A stretch of 64,000 nt of DNA from an uncultured Spirochaetota bacterium (GCA_963734495.1 CAVTHK010000009.1:224001-288000), one strand, 5' to 3'. Numbered from the stretch's first letter, positions 11,548-21,744 are shown. The notes: a model not told the origin generated them from the letters alone. Made by a program: numbers and translations.

Positions 11548-11577
11548 TTGACTTTCAGGCGGCCTTTCTCCTACTAT
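11548..11577 (+). promoter_or_regulatory. Putative sigma70 promoter for pcm operon
   Basis: TTGACT-18 nt-TACTAT in a GC-rich background. Confidence 0.55.
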
Positions 11578-11648
11578 CGCGAGCATGGCTTCGTGCCGCC
11601 GGCGCCGCCGGCGCCGGACGGGACGGAGCCTTGCCCAAGGAGGAAGCC

Positions 11649-12665
11649 TTGTCGACCGACACTTCGAGCTCAAAGCAGCGCAACTCGCCGCGGGTCGCGA
11701 CCATCGCCGCTGCCTCTGTGCTCGTCCTTGGGGTCGTGCTGCTCGCGATCTACTTCCTGGGGACCGGGCGCCCGGCGGCAGCCCGGCCGCAGGACCCGCC
11801 CGGCGCTGCGGCGGCGGCCGCGGCGGCTGCGGCGCAGCCGGCCGCCCCTCCGGCCGATGCGCCGGTCTACGACATACGCCAGCGCACGATCGCCCCTCCG
11901 ACCGACAGCTACGACGCCTACCTCGCCTGGATGCTGACCAACACCGACCAGAGCGAGTCGTTCTTGAGGTCGAAATGGCAGCGGGCCCAGAGCCTGCTTA
12001 CCTGGTCCAAGTACCCCGACATCACGCACAAGAAGGTGCTCGAGGCGTTCCTGCGCACACCCCGCGAGTACTTCTGCCGGTCCTACAACCGCGACCGCGC
12101 CTACGCCAACGCGGCCATGCCGATCGGTTTCGGGCAGACCATCTCCGGGCCTCACATGGTGTCGCGGATGACCAATTCGATCAACCCCGGGCCCGAGGAC
12201 AAGGTCCTCGAGATCGGCACGGGCAGCGGCTACCAGTCGGCCGTGCTCGCCGAGCTGACCAACAAGGTCTACACGATCGAGATCGTCGAGCAGCTCGCCG
12301 GCGAAACCGACCAGATCTACACGGATCTCGCCGCGCACTATCCGGAGTACCGCAACATCAAGCGCAAGGCCGACGACGGGTACTACGGCTGGGAGGAGTA
12401 CGCGCCCTTCGACCGCATCATCGTGACGGCGGGGATCGACCACATCCCGCCGCCCCTGCTGCAGCAGCTCGCGCCGAACGGAATCATGGTCATCCCCATC
12501 GGTCCGCCCGCCGGCCAGAAGCTGCTCAAGATCACCAAGCGCCTGGCACCGGACGGGACCATCACGCTCGAGCGCGAGGACATCTTTGCCGGAACCGGCG
12601 CTGACACCCACATCTTCGTGCCGTTCACGAAGAAGGGCGGCGGGACGCACACGCAGGGGCAGTAG
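11649..12665 (+). CDS. pcm: Protein-L-isoaspartate O-methyltransferase with N-terminal membrane anchor and Ala/Pro linker
   Basis: IGFGQTISGPHMV, VLEIGTGSGYQSAVLAEL, DGYYGWEEYAPFDRIIVTA, MVIPIG; TTG start after AAGGAGG. Confidence 0.88.
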   Translation: MSTDTSSSKQRNSPRVATIAAASVLVLGVVLLAIYFLGTGRPAAARPQDPPGAAAAAAAAAAQPAAPPADAPVYDIRQRTIAPPTDSYDAYLAWMLTNTDQSESFLRSKWQRAQSLLTWSKYPDITHKKVLEAFLRTPREYFCRSYNRDRAYANAAMPIGFGQTISGPHMVSRMTNSINPGPEDKVLEIGTGSGYQSAVLAELTNKVYTIEIVEQLAGETDQIYTDLAAHYPEYRNIKRKADDGYYGWEEYAPFDRIIVTAGIDHIPPPLLQQLAPNGIMVIPIGPPAGQKLLKITKRLAPDGTITLEREDIFAGTGADTHIFVPFTKKGGGTHTQGQ

Positions 12666-12679
12666 GCCCCGAGGAAAAC

Positions 12680-15271
12680 ATGGGCCCCCTCACCGAAGGG
12701 CGCACCGCGGGCCTGCGCTTCGCGGCGCTCTTTCTCCTTTCCGCGGCGTTGATCGGCTACGAGCTGGCCGTGATGCGCGTCTTCTCCGTCGGCAGCTGGT
12801 CGAACTTCGGCGCGATGGTCATCAGCATCGCGCTGCTCGGCTTCGGCCTGGCTGGCACCCTGCTCACGTTTATCCAGAAGTCGATCCGCAGCGCGCCCGA
12901 CCGCTGGCTGGCGGCGCTCGCGCTGGCGTTCATGCCCGCCATGGCCCTCGCCCACATGGCCGCGCAGGCCGTGCCGTTCAACCCGGTCATGATCGTCTCG
13001 GACCGGCGGCAGCTCCTCTGGATAGGCGCATACTACGTCATCTACGGAGTGCCCTTCTTTATCGGCGCCCTGTTCATCAACGCGAGCTTCGTCGTGCTCT
13101 CGAGCCGCGTGCACAGCCTCTACTTCTGGAACATGGCCGGGAGCGGCGTCGGGGGGCTCTTTATCCTGCTGTTCATGTACCTGCTGCCTCCCGACCAGCT
13201 CGCGATCCCCCTGATCGCGCTGTCCGGGGTGACGGCCGCCCTGTGCCTCATCGAGGAGGAAGGGGGCAGGCTGCGCCTGAGAGCCGAGCGCCTGATGGCG
13301 ACGGGGGGCACGCTCCTCGTTTCGGCGGCTCTCGTGCTCATGTTCGGGAAGATCTCGGTGTCGGAGTTCAAGGGCATCAGCTATGCCCGCAACTTCGCCG
13401 ACGCCACGCTGCACTATCACTCCTACAGCCCGCTCGGCGAGATGCACGTCTACGGCAGCTCTGCGTTCCACTTCGCTCCCGGGCTGAGCGACAACGCGGC
13501 ACTCAACCTGGCGACTATGCCCAGGAACGCCTACCGCGGCCTCTACATCGACGGCGGCGGCCCGATCGGCATCATGCGGCGCCTGCAGCCGTCGGAGCAG
13601 CGCTACATGGACTACCTGCCGATGTCGGCGCCTTACCTGGTGCTGGACCGGCCGCGGGTGCTGCTGGTGGGCCTCGGCGGCGGGATCGGCGCGTTCACCG
13701 CGCTCTACCACGGCGCCTCGCTCGTGCAGGTCGTCGAGCCGAACCCCGACCTGATTCACCTGCTCCGCGACGTTCCCGAGTTCCGCCGCTACACGGGCGA
13801 CCTGCTGCGCGATCCCCGCGTCAGGATCGCCGCGGCCGAGCCCCGCGCGTTCACCTCGCGGACCCGCGGCACGTACGACCTCGTCGAGATCAGCCTGATC
13901 GACTCCGTGGGCCTCTCGCAGGCCGGAGGCTATTCCGTAGACCCGAACTACACCTACACGGTCGAGGCGATCGAGGACTACATGAAGAGCCTCGACCGCA
14001 CCGGCGTCCTCTCGGTCACCGTGTGGAACAAGCTCAATCCGCCGCGCAACGTCCCCAAGCTCATCACCACCGTCGTCGAGTCCCTGCGCGAGCAGGGGGT
14101 CGAGAATCCGGGGCGCCGCGTCTTTGCCTTTCACCTGCTGCTGTCAACGGCGACCGTTCTCGTGAAGAACAGCGATTTCACCGACGCCGAGGTGGCGAAG
14201 CTGCGCGAGTTCTGCAGACGACTCTCGTTCCAGGTGATCGCGTACCCGGGGATGCCCGCGCCCGAGGGCAGCTTCCAGGCGATGCTGCGGGCCTACTGGG
14301 ACCTGTTCGCGCTGCCGCCTCAGACCCAGGACGCGGGCGACGCCCCCGCGCCGGTGCCGCAGGCATCCGACTCCGCGTCCCCCGTGCCGGACTCCGGCGA
14401 CTTCTACCGCGCCATGACGCGCTGGCTCCTCGACGGCCGCGCCCGGGATCTCTACACGGGCTACCTGTTCAACATCCTCCCGGCCACCGACCTGCGGCCG
14501 TTCTACACCGCGTACATCAAGCCGAGCACGATCCCGATGTTCCTCGATCAGCTCGGCAACGTCTCGGAGGAGTGGGGCTACCTGCTGCTGCTCGGGACCC
14601 TGCTGCAGTCGATCCTGTTCGGGCTGCTGATCGTGCTCGTTCCGCTGGCCGGCCGTTGGCGCGAGCTGTTCGCAGGGTACCGCGGGACCGCCGGAATCAT
14701 CGTCTACTACGCGTGCCTCGGCCTCGCCTACATGCTCGTCGAGATCTTCCTGATCCAGAAGCTGTCGTTCTTCGTCGCCGACCCGATCTTCGCGGTCTCG
14801 ATCGTGATCACGAGCATGCTGATCATCTCCGGCATCGGCAGCCTCTCGAGCGGGCGCCTCGCCCGGCTGTTCCGCGGCGCCGGCGGGACGCCGCAGTTCG
14901 CGGTGCGGGTCGCCGTCGCCGGCATCGCCGTCTCGCTGCTCTTCTACATCTTCGGGCTCTCGCCGTTGATCCGCGCCGCGCTCGGGCTGCCGTTCCTGGT
15001 GAGGGCGCTGATCGCGGTCGTGGTCGTGGCGCCGGCGGCCTTTTTCATGGGCATGCCGTTCCCGACCGGCCTCTCGTCGCTGGAAAAGAGCCACGAGCGG
15101 CTCATCCCCTGGGCCATGGGCATGAACGGGGCCCTCTCGGTGACCGGCAGCGTGACCGCCAAGCTGGTGTCGATCGAGTGGGGCTTCCCGGCGGTCCTCG
15201 CCCTCGCGGTTGCGCTGTATCTTGTCGTAGGGCTGGTGTTCCCGGCCAACCTGGCCGCGGAGCGGCGGTAG
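12680..15271 (+). CDS. Polytopic membrane protein with central spermidine-synthase-like SAM-binding domain
   Basis: N- and C-terminal TM clusters (YEL..R.F; FFMGMPFPTGL..WAMGMNGALSV); central LYIDG, VLLVGLGGG, VVEPNP, YDLV, YTVEA. Confidence 0.8.
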   Translation: MGPLTEGRTAGLRFAALFLLSAALIGYELAVMRVFSVGSWSNFGAMVISIALLGFGLAGTLLTFIQKSIRSAPDRWLAALALAFMPAMALAHMAAQAVPFNPVMIVSDRRQLLWIGAYYVIYGVPFFIGALFINASFVVLSSRVHSLYFWNMAGSGVGGLFILLFMYLLPPDQLAIPLIALSGVTAALCLIEEEGGRLRLRAERLMATGGTLLVSAALVLMFGKISVSEFKGISYARNFADATLHYHSYSPLGEMHVYGSSAFHFAPGLSDNAALNLATMPRNAYRGLYIDGGGPIGIMRRLQPSEQRYMDYLPMSAPYLVLDRPRVLLVGLGGGIGAFTALYHGASLVQVVEPNPDLIHLLRDVPEFRRYTGDLLRDPRVRIAAAEPRAFTSRTRGTYDLVEISLIDSVGLSQAGGYSVDPNYTYTVEAIEDYMKSLDRTGVLSVTVWNKLNPPRNVPKLITTVVESLREQGVENPGRRVFAFHLLLSTATVLVKNSDFTDAEVAKLREFCRRLSFQVIAYPGMPAPEGSFQAMLRAYWDLFALPPQTQDAGDAPAPVPQASDSASPVPDSGDFYRAMTRWLLDGRARDLYTGYLFNILPATDLRPFYTAYIKPSTIPMFLDQLGNVSEEWGYLLLLGTLLQSILFGLLIVLVPLAGRWRELFAGYRGTAGIIVYYACLGLAYMLVEIFLIQKLSFFVADPIFAVSIVITSMLIISGIGSLSSGRLARLFRGAGGTPQFAVRVAVAGIAVSLLFYIFGLSPLIRAALGLPFLVRALIAVVVVAPAAFFMGMPFPTGLSSLEKSHERLIPWAMGMNGALSVTGSVTAKLVSIEWGFPAVLALAVALYLVVGLVFPANLAAERR

Positions 15272-15273
15272 CC

Positions 15274-15293
15274 CGGGCGCGGTCCGCCGCGCC
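15274..15293 (+). repeat. REP-like dispersed element, copy 2
   Basis: CGGGCGCGGTCCGCCGCGCC, identical 20-mer at 56816. Confidence 0.6.
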
Positions 15294-15323
15294 GCAGGCC
15301 GACGCAGGGGAGGGGTTCGAGCC

Positions 15324-16277
15324 GTGGACAAGGTGGCCGCCTGGGCGCGCGGGGTGCGCGCCTCCGTAGAGAGGGTATTCTACGGCAAGAGCGAAGTCAT
15401 CGACCGGCTCCTGGTCACCCTTCTCTGCCGTGGCCACGCGCTGATCGAGGACGTCCCGGGCGTCGGCAAGACGATCCTGTCGCGCGCGCTGGCGCGCAGC
15501 CTCGGCGGCGAGTTCAAGCGCATCCAGTGCACGCCCGACTTGCTGCCGGCCGACGTGCTCGGCGTCTCCGTCTACAGCCCGAAGACCGGCGAGTTCCAGT
15601 TCAAGCAGGGCCCGATCCTCACCAACATCCTCCTGGTCGACGAGGTCAACCGCGCGACGCCGAGGACGCAGTCGGCGCTGCTCGAGGCGATGGGCGAGGG
15701 CCAGATCAGCATGGACGGCAGGGTGATCCCGCTGCCGGAGCCCTTCTTCATGATGGCGACCGAGAACCCGGTCGAGTTCGAGGGGACGTTCCCGCTGCCG
15801 GAGGCGCAGAAGGATCGCTTCTTGATGACGGTGCAGGTGGGCTACCCTCCCCGCGACGCGGAGCTCATGATGCTGGAGAGCCAGCGTCGTCTCACGCACC
15901 CCGTCGTGGACCTGGAGCCGATGACCGACCTCGGCACCGTGCGGGAGATGCAGGAGGCGATCCTGCAGGTCCACGTGGCGCCGTCGCTGCAGGGCTACCT
16001 GCTCGACCTGGTCGACGAGACGCGCCGCGACCCGCGTCTCGCGCTGGGGGTCTCGCCGCGCGGCTCCCTCGCGCTGTTCCGGGGATCGCAGGCGCTCGCG
16101 GCCCTCGACGGCCGCGCGTACGTCGTGCCCGAGGACATCAAGTCCCTCGCGCTCCCCGTGCTCAAGAAGCGGATGATCCTCAAGCCCGAGCAGGTGATGC
16201 GCGGGGTGGACGAGGTGCAGGTCATCCGCGACGTGCTCGATCGGGTCGAGGTGCCCGTGTTCAAGGCAGAGGAGTGA
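15324..16277 (+). CDS. MoxR family AAA+ ATPase
   Basis: EDVPGVGKT, RIQCTPDLLPAD, DEVNRATPRTQSALLEAM, EGTFPLPEAQ.DRF, GVSPRG. Confidence 0.95.
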   Translation: MDKVAAWARGVRASVERVFYGKSEVIDRLLVTLLCRGHALIEDVPGVGKTILSRALARSLGGEFKRIQCTPDLLPADVLGVSVYSPKTGEFQFKQGPILTNILLVDEVNRATPRTQSALLEAMGEGQISMDGRVIPLPEPFFMMATENPVEFEGTFPLPEAQKDRFLMTVQVGYPPRDAELMMLESQRRLTHPVVDLEPMTDLGTVREMQEAILQVHVAPSLQGYLLDLVDETRRDPRLALGVSPRGSLALFRGSQALAALDGRAYVVPEDIKSLALPVLKKRMILKPEQVMRGVDEVQVIRDVLDRVEVPVFKAEE

Positions 16278-17431
16278 AAGCCGCTCTTCTCGTCGCGCTC
16301 GCGTTCGTCGCCCTGTTCTTCCCCGCCTGGGGGCTGCAGGCGGCGTCGATCTTCGTGTTCTGCGTGGTGCTGCTCGCCTGGGCCTACGCGCGGCTCACGC
16401 GCCGCTTCCTGACCGCCTGGCGCAAGGACCCGGTCCTGCGGGGCCACAGGCAGCAGGTGATGGCGGTGCGCCTCGCGTTCCAGAACCGGGGACCGCTGCC
16501 GGTGCATTTCTTCTTCGCGCGCGACGCCGACGCCGGGCTCGCGATCGACAAGCGGCCGCAGGTCTTCCAGGGGCTCGGGCCGTGGCAGAAGGCGGACTAC
16601 GAGTACGCCATCGAGAGCATGCGCCGCGGCGAGTTCACCCTCGGCCCGCTGGTGCTGCGGGGAGGCGACCCGCTCGGGTTCTTCCGGTGGGAGAAGCGCA
16701 TCGCCGGAACGCAGCGGGTGATCGTGTACCCGCGCGTGCTGCGCGTCGAGGTGCCGGCGGACCGCGGCCTGCCCGCGGGCAACATCCACACGCCCGACCG
16801 GACCTACGAGGACGTGACCCGCTACCGCTCGCTCCGCGAGTACGTGCCCGGCGACGACATGCGCCGCATCGCGTGGAAGGCCTCCGCGCGCCTCGGGAGC
16901 CTTCACACGGTCGAGTATCTCTCCACGCTGTCGTTCCCGACGCTGATCCTCCTGGACCTCTCCATCGAGGACTACCCGGAGCGCGGCCGCTACTCGATGA
17001 TGGAGCGGGCCATCGAGGTCGCCGCCTCTCTCGTCGGTCACCTCGCGTCGCTGTCGCAGGATGTCGGGCTGGTCTCCAGCGGCCACCTGGAAGATCCGGG
17101 CCGCGCCGTCGTCGTCCCGATCAAGGCCGGGGCGGCCCAGGCCGTGGTGCAGCTGGAAGCCCTCGCGAGGATCGCCCCCTCGGCCGGCGAGGCCGACTTT
17201 GCCGGCATGGTGCTCGGCCGCAACCTCAGGCTGCCCGCCGGGGGGCGGCTCTGCGTCGTCGCCCCGGCGCTCAAGCCGGCGCAGGGGGCCTTTGTCGCGG
17301 CGGCCCGGGCTCGCGGCCAGAACGTGGAGCTGTACCTGCTCGGCGCGGGCGCCGGGGCGCTGCGCCTGCCCCGCGGCGTGAGGGGCTGGCGGGTGCGGGA
17401 CTACGGGGAGGACCTCCTTGAGCGCGCCTGA
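16274..17431 (+). CDS. DUF58 domain protein (MoxR partner)
   Basis: N-terminal TM, RRGEF.LGP, DPLGFF, VYP, LREYVPGDDMRRIAWKASAR; GTGA overlap with moxR. Confidence 0.9.
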   Translation: MKAALLVALAFVALFFPAWGLQAASIFVFCVVLLAWAYARLTRRFLTAWRKDPVLRGHRQQVMAVRLAFQNRGPLPVHFFFARDADAGLAIDKRPQVFQGLGPWQKADYEYAIESMRRGEFTLGPLVLRGGDPLGFFRWEKRIAGTQRVIVYPRVLRVEVPADRGLPAGNIHTPDRTYEDVTRYRSLREYVPGDDMRRIAWKASARLGSLHTVEYLSTLSFPTLILLDLSIEDYPERGRYSMMERAIEVAASLVGHLASLSQDVGLVSSGHLEDPGRAVVVPIKAGAAQAVVQLEALARIAPSAGEADFAGMVLGRNLRLPAGGRLCVVAPALKPAQGAFVAAARARGQNVELYLLGAGAGALRLPRGVRGWRVRDYGEDLLERA

Positions 17432-18955
17432 GCGCAGCGGCCGCCTCGCGTACCTGCGCAACGTGCTGCACCCGGCCCTCGCGATCTCCGTGCCGCTGCT
17501 CTTTCTGGTGCTCGCGACCGAGCTCGCGCGGTCGGTGCTCCGCATCCCGCTGTCGCCCTTCGCCTACCTGTTCCTGCTTCTGGCGGGGATCGAGGAGGTG
17601 GTGGCGGGCAACATCCTCCTCGAAGAGAGGGTGGGGTCGTTCGAGCGGGTCCGCGAGCCCGTCTATCTCCTCGCCGCCGTGGGGCTCGTGCTGCTCCTGT
17701 TCGAGCGGGGGCCCCTCGCCGCCAGGCCGCGCGGGCTCCTCAGGCCGGAGATCATCTACCTCGGCCTGCTCGTGCTGCTCGAATGGCTGATCTGCTGGCG
17801 CATTCACCAGGGGCTCCGCGAGCGCGAGCTGCTGGAGGCGAGCTTCGAAGGCAAGGACGGGCCCGCTCTCCAGATCGCCATCCGCGACAACGCGGAGCTC
17901 GCCCGGATCGCCATCGGGGCGATCCCGCGGGTCAAGGGCATGATCGTTCTGTTCCAGGTCGCCGCGTTCGCCGCGGTGATCGCGCTGTTCGCGGCGGGCG
18001 TGCGCGTCCCGTGGCCGGCGACGCTGCTCTTTGTCGTCCACGCGCTGGCCGGCGTCGCCGCGTCGGCCCTGCTGAACAACGCCGCGGAGGACCAGCTCCT
18101 GTCCGCCGAAGGGGTCACCCTCTCGCCGTTCTACCGCCGCAGGCGCCAGATCTACGTGATCGCGATCTTCTGCGCGAGCCTCGCGCTGGTGCTGCTGTAC
18201 GCGAGGCGCACCTCGCTGCTCCCGCTCGCGGCGTTTCAGCCGCTGCTCGACTGGCTCGCCCGGCTGCTCAACCGCAAGCGCGAGATGCCGCCGCTGCGCT
18301 ACCCGATGACGGGCATGGCCCCCCCGGACATCGACCTGCTGCGGCAGCTGCAGGGCGAGGCCGCCGGACCCGGTCCGCTTCGCCCTGCTGATCGCGTTTC
18401 TACTGCGCGTCGTGTGGAACGTCGTCAGGCTCGGCCTGGTTCGTCCTGCTGGCCTACTTCCTGATCGCGCCCCTGGTTTCGCGCGGCTTCCGCCGGCGCC
18501 TCCGCAGTCTGAGGCCCCTCCACTTCGCGGGCGAGCAGCTGCTGCGCTTTGCCCGCGCGCTGCGCCAGATGCTGGACGACGTCCTCGCCTGGCTGCGCAG
18601 GACCCCGGGCAGCCGCGACCGCAGCGCACGACGCCGGCGCGCGGGGCGCTCCTGGCGGGGGCGGCTGCGCGTCCGCGGCCACGGCCTCTTCAAGCTCTGG
18701 GAGATGGGGACGGTGCTCCGGGCCTACGCGCGGTTGATCCGCTGGGGGGAGAGGCAGGGGGTGCCGTTCCGCCTGCCCATCGCGCCGCGCGAGTACCTTG
18801 CGCTGCTGGCGGAGCGCAGGCCCGCGCAGGCGTTCCCGCTGGTCGAGGCGGGCGAGATCCTGGAGGAATCGCTGTATTCCCCCCTGCGCTCGCGCAGGGA
18901 GCGCCTCCAGCGCTACCTCAGGATCGTGAAAGACGTGGTGCGAGCGAAGTCGTGA
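17418..18955 (+). CDS. Membrane protein with C-terminal DUF4129-like domain (two apparent frameshifts ~18380-18440)
   Basis: Multiple TMs; C-term RAYARLIRWGERQG..APREY..LEESLYS pattern; typical third gene of MoxR-DUF58 operons. Confidence 0.7.
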
Positions 18956-19000
18956 CGCGCCCGGGATCGCGGCCCCGGCCTTTCGGCCGGCGCCGGCCGG

Positions 19001-19543
19001 TCACGGATTCTCTTCGAGCTTCTTGAGCTCGTCGCGCAGCTTGGCCGCCTCTTCGTAGTTCTCTTCCTCGACCGCGCGATCCAGCCGGTCCTTGAGGGAC
19101 TGCACTTCCTCATCGCGCGAAGCGCTGCTGGCGACCTCGTTGATGATGTTGACCGAGATGCCGGCCTCGTCGACCACGAGCTCGTCGATGTAGATGGGGC
19201 ACTTGACCCGCACCGCCAGCGCGATGCAGTCGGAAGGTCGGCTGTCGATGCTGACGTCCTTGCCGCCCTGGTTGAGGACGAGCCTTCCATAGAAGGTGCC
19301 GTTCTTGAGCTCCGTGATCTCGATGCGGCTGATCGGCGCATTGATCTGCTTGAGGACCGAGATCAGGAGGTCGTGGGTGAGCGGCCGGGGCATGGTGTGA
19401 TTGGCCAGGCCGATCATGATCGCCTGGGCCTCGGGCTGGCCGATCATGATGGGGACCGCGACCTCGGAGCCGACCGGCCGTATGAGGACCGCGCTCCCCT
19501 GTTCAGCCTTGGCGACCGTCCATACCTCAGCAGGTACCAGCAT
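19001..19543 (-). CDS. Bifunctional nuclease (DUF151) protein with C-terminal UvrB/UvrC coiled-coil
   Basis: PIMIG..EA.AI, PRPLTHDL, DSRPSDCIALA, AVEEENYEEAAKLRDEL. Confidence 0.92.
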   Translation of the reverse strand: MLVPAEVWTVAKAEQGSAVLIRPVGSEVAVPIMIGQPEAQAIMIGLANHTMPRPLTHDLLISVLKQINAPISRIEITELKNGTFYGRLVLNQGGKDVSIDSRPSDCIALAVRVKCPIYIDELVVDEAGISVNIINEVASSASRDEEVQSLKDRLDRAVEEENYEEAAKLRDELKKLEENP

Positions 19544-19600
19544 GAAACGTAACCCTCGCGCGACGCGGCGCCGGACGACCGGGACCCGATTCCCGCCTCA

Positions 19601-19628
19601 AGGATAGATAATAGTACCGGAAAGTCAA
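19601..19628 (-). promoter_or_regulatory. Putative sigma70 promoter for DUF151 gene
   Basis: Minus strand TTGACT-16 nt-TATCCT in an AT-rich patch. Confidence 0.55.
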
Positions 19629-19675
19629 GTTTCAAAGGGCCGGCGCGCGCCGGCCCGCCTCTCCCCCGCGTCGCC

Positions 19676-20894
19676 TCAAAACCGCCGCCTCACCGCGGCG
19701 TCGAGCTCGTCGCGCGTGAGGCGAAGGCGCGCGACCCCGGTCTCAGTGGCCGCAATTCCCGTAGCCACGGCCACCTGGCGGCCGACTTCGCGCTCCAGCG
19801 GGGAGGGGACGATCTTGCCCGCGGCGATCTCGGCCGTCGTCACGCACCCGGCGATAGCGCCGGCCGCCGCGAGCTTCATCTGTTCGTTGATGTGGGTGGC
19901 GCGCACGTCGAGGGCGCCGCGGAAGATGCCCGGAAAGGCCAGCACGTTGTTGATCTGGTTGGGGAAGTCCGACCGTCCGGTCGCGACCACCCTGGCCCCG
20001 CCCGCGAGCGCCTCTTCGGGCATGATCTCCGGGTCCGGGTTGGCCATCGCGAAGACGATCGCGTCGCGGGCCATGGTGCGGACCATGGCGGCACTGACCA
20101 GGCCGGGGGCCGAGACGCCGAGGAACACGTCGGCCCCTTCGAGGGCCTCCGCCAGGCCGCCGTGCCGCCCGTCGGCCTCGGCACGGCGGGCGATCTCCTG
20201 CTTGTACGTGTTGATCTCGGGGCGGTCCGCCCACACGATCCCTTTCGAGTCGCACAGGATCAGCCTGCGTACTCCCCAGTCCAGGATGATGCGGGAGCAG
20301 GCGATGCCCGCGGCCCCGGCGCCGCTGATGACGACGCGGAGGTCTTCCTTGCGCTTGCCGACGATGCGCACCGCGTTCATGAGCGCGGCCAGCGTCACGA
20401 TCGCGGTCCCGTGCTGATCGTCGTGGAACACGGGGATATCGAGCCTGCGCCGCAGCTCCTCCTCGACGTAGAAGCAGCGCGGGGCCGAGATGTCTTCCAG
20501 GTTGATGCCGCCGAACGACGGGCGCGAGGTGGACCACGGTCTGGATAAAGGCAGCGGGCGCCTGCGTGTCGAGGCAGAGCGGGAACGCCTCGACGCCGCC
20601 GAAGTCGCGGAAGAGCACGCACTTGCCTTCCATGACCGGCAGGCCCGCCTCGGGTCCGATGTTGCCGAGGCCGAGCACGGCGCTCCCGTCGGAGACCACG
20701 GCGACCATGTTTCCCTTCTGCGTGTAGTCGTAGACCAGAACCTTGTTCTTCGCGATCTCGCGGCACGGCTCCGCTACGCCGGGGGTGTAGAGGAGCGAAA
20801 GGTCCCGCGCGGTCTCTATATGGCGCTTGGGCATTGTGAAAAGCTTGCCGCGCAGCTCGCGGTGCAGCGCGAGGGCGTCTTCTTTCAGGCTCAT
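19676..20894 (-). CDS. NAD(P)-dependent malic enzyme (apparent frameshift ~20525)
   Basis: YTPGVAEPC, SDGSAVLGLGNIG, MEGK, FHDDQHGTA, GAGAAG, MANPDPEI, ATGRSDFPNQINNVLAFPG. Confidence 0.93.
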
Positions 20895-21030
20895 GGGGGC
20901 ACTATAGCTCAAAAACCGGCACCCGGTGAAGGCGGGCACGCGGGCCCCCCTGCGAGCGCCGCGCGGCGCGGGAGCCGGGTGCGCCCCGATCGCTTGCGGG
21001 AGGGGACTCGCGGGTTTAGAGTCGACGCCG

Positions 21031-21678
21031 ATGCCCTTCACCATCCTCGTGGCGGACGACCACAAGATCTTTCGCGAGGGTCTGCGGGCGCTGATCGAGC
21101 GGCAGGACGGGATGCGGGTCGTCGCCGAGGCCGAAGACGGCCGGCGGGCCGTCCGCCTCGCCGAAGAGCTGGAGCCCGACGTCGTCGTGATGGACATCTC
21201 GATGCCGCAGCTCAACGGGTTCGAGGCCACGCGGCAGATCGTGGAGCGCATCCCCCGCGTCAAGGTGCTGGCCCTCTCGATGCACTCCGAAGAGCCCTAC
21301 GTCGGCGAGATGCTCAGCGCGGGGGCGAGCGGCTACCTTCTCAAGGACTGCGCCTTCGAGGAGCTGGCCGGCGCCATCGACACGGTGATGTCCGGCCGGG
21401 TCTACCTGAGCCCCGACATCGCCGCTCGGGTGGTCGAGGACTACGTGCGCCAGTACGCGGGACCCCGCTCCGCCGCGCCTTCGCGCCTGAGCGGGCGGGA
21501 GCGCGAGGTCGTTCAGCTCCTGGCCGAAGGGAGGGCGATCAAGGAGATCGGCGACCTCCTGCACGTGAGCGCCAAGACGGTCGAGACTCACAAGAACAGG
21601 ATCATGAAGAAGCTCGGCCTCGCGAGCATCGCCGAGCTGACCAAGTGGGCGATCCGCGCCGGCCTGACCACTCTCTGA
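21031..21678 (+). CDS. NarL/LuxR family response regulator
   Basis: ADDH, MDISMP, GYLLK, LSGREREV..LAEG..KEI..L..SAKTVETH. Confidence 0.95.
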   Translation: MPFTILVADDHKIFREGLRALIERQDGMRVVAEAEDGRRAVRLAEELEPDVVVMDISMPQLNGFEATRQIVERIPRVKVLALSMHSEEPYVGEMLSAGASGYLLKDCAFEELAGAIDTVMSGRVYLSPDIAARVVEDYVRQYAGPRSAAPSRLSGREREVVQLLAEGRAIKEIGDLLHVSAKTVETHKNRIMKKLGLASIAELTKWAIRAGLTTL

Positions 21679-21714
21679 CGGCCCCAGACGCTTGCGAACG
21701 CTTGCGCGTGGAAT

Positions 21715-21744
21715 TTGACAACACTCGCGGCGCTTCGTTATGCT
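21715..21744 (+). promoter_or_regulatory. Putative sigma70 promoter
   Basis: TTGACA-18 nt-TATGCT upstream of the receiver gene. Confidence 0.6.
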
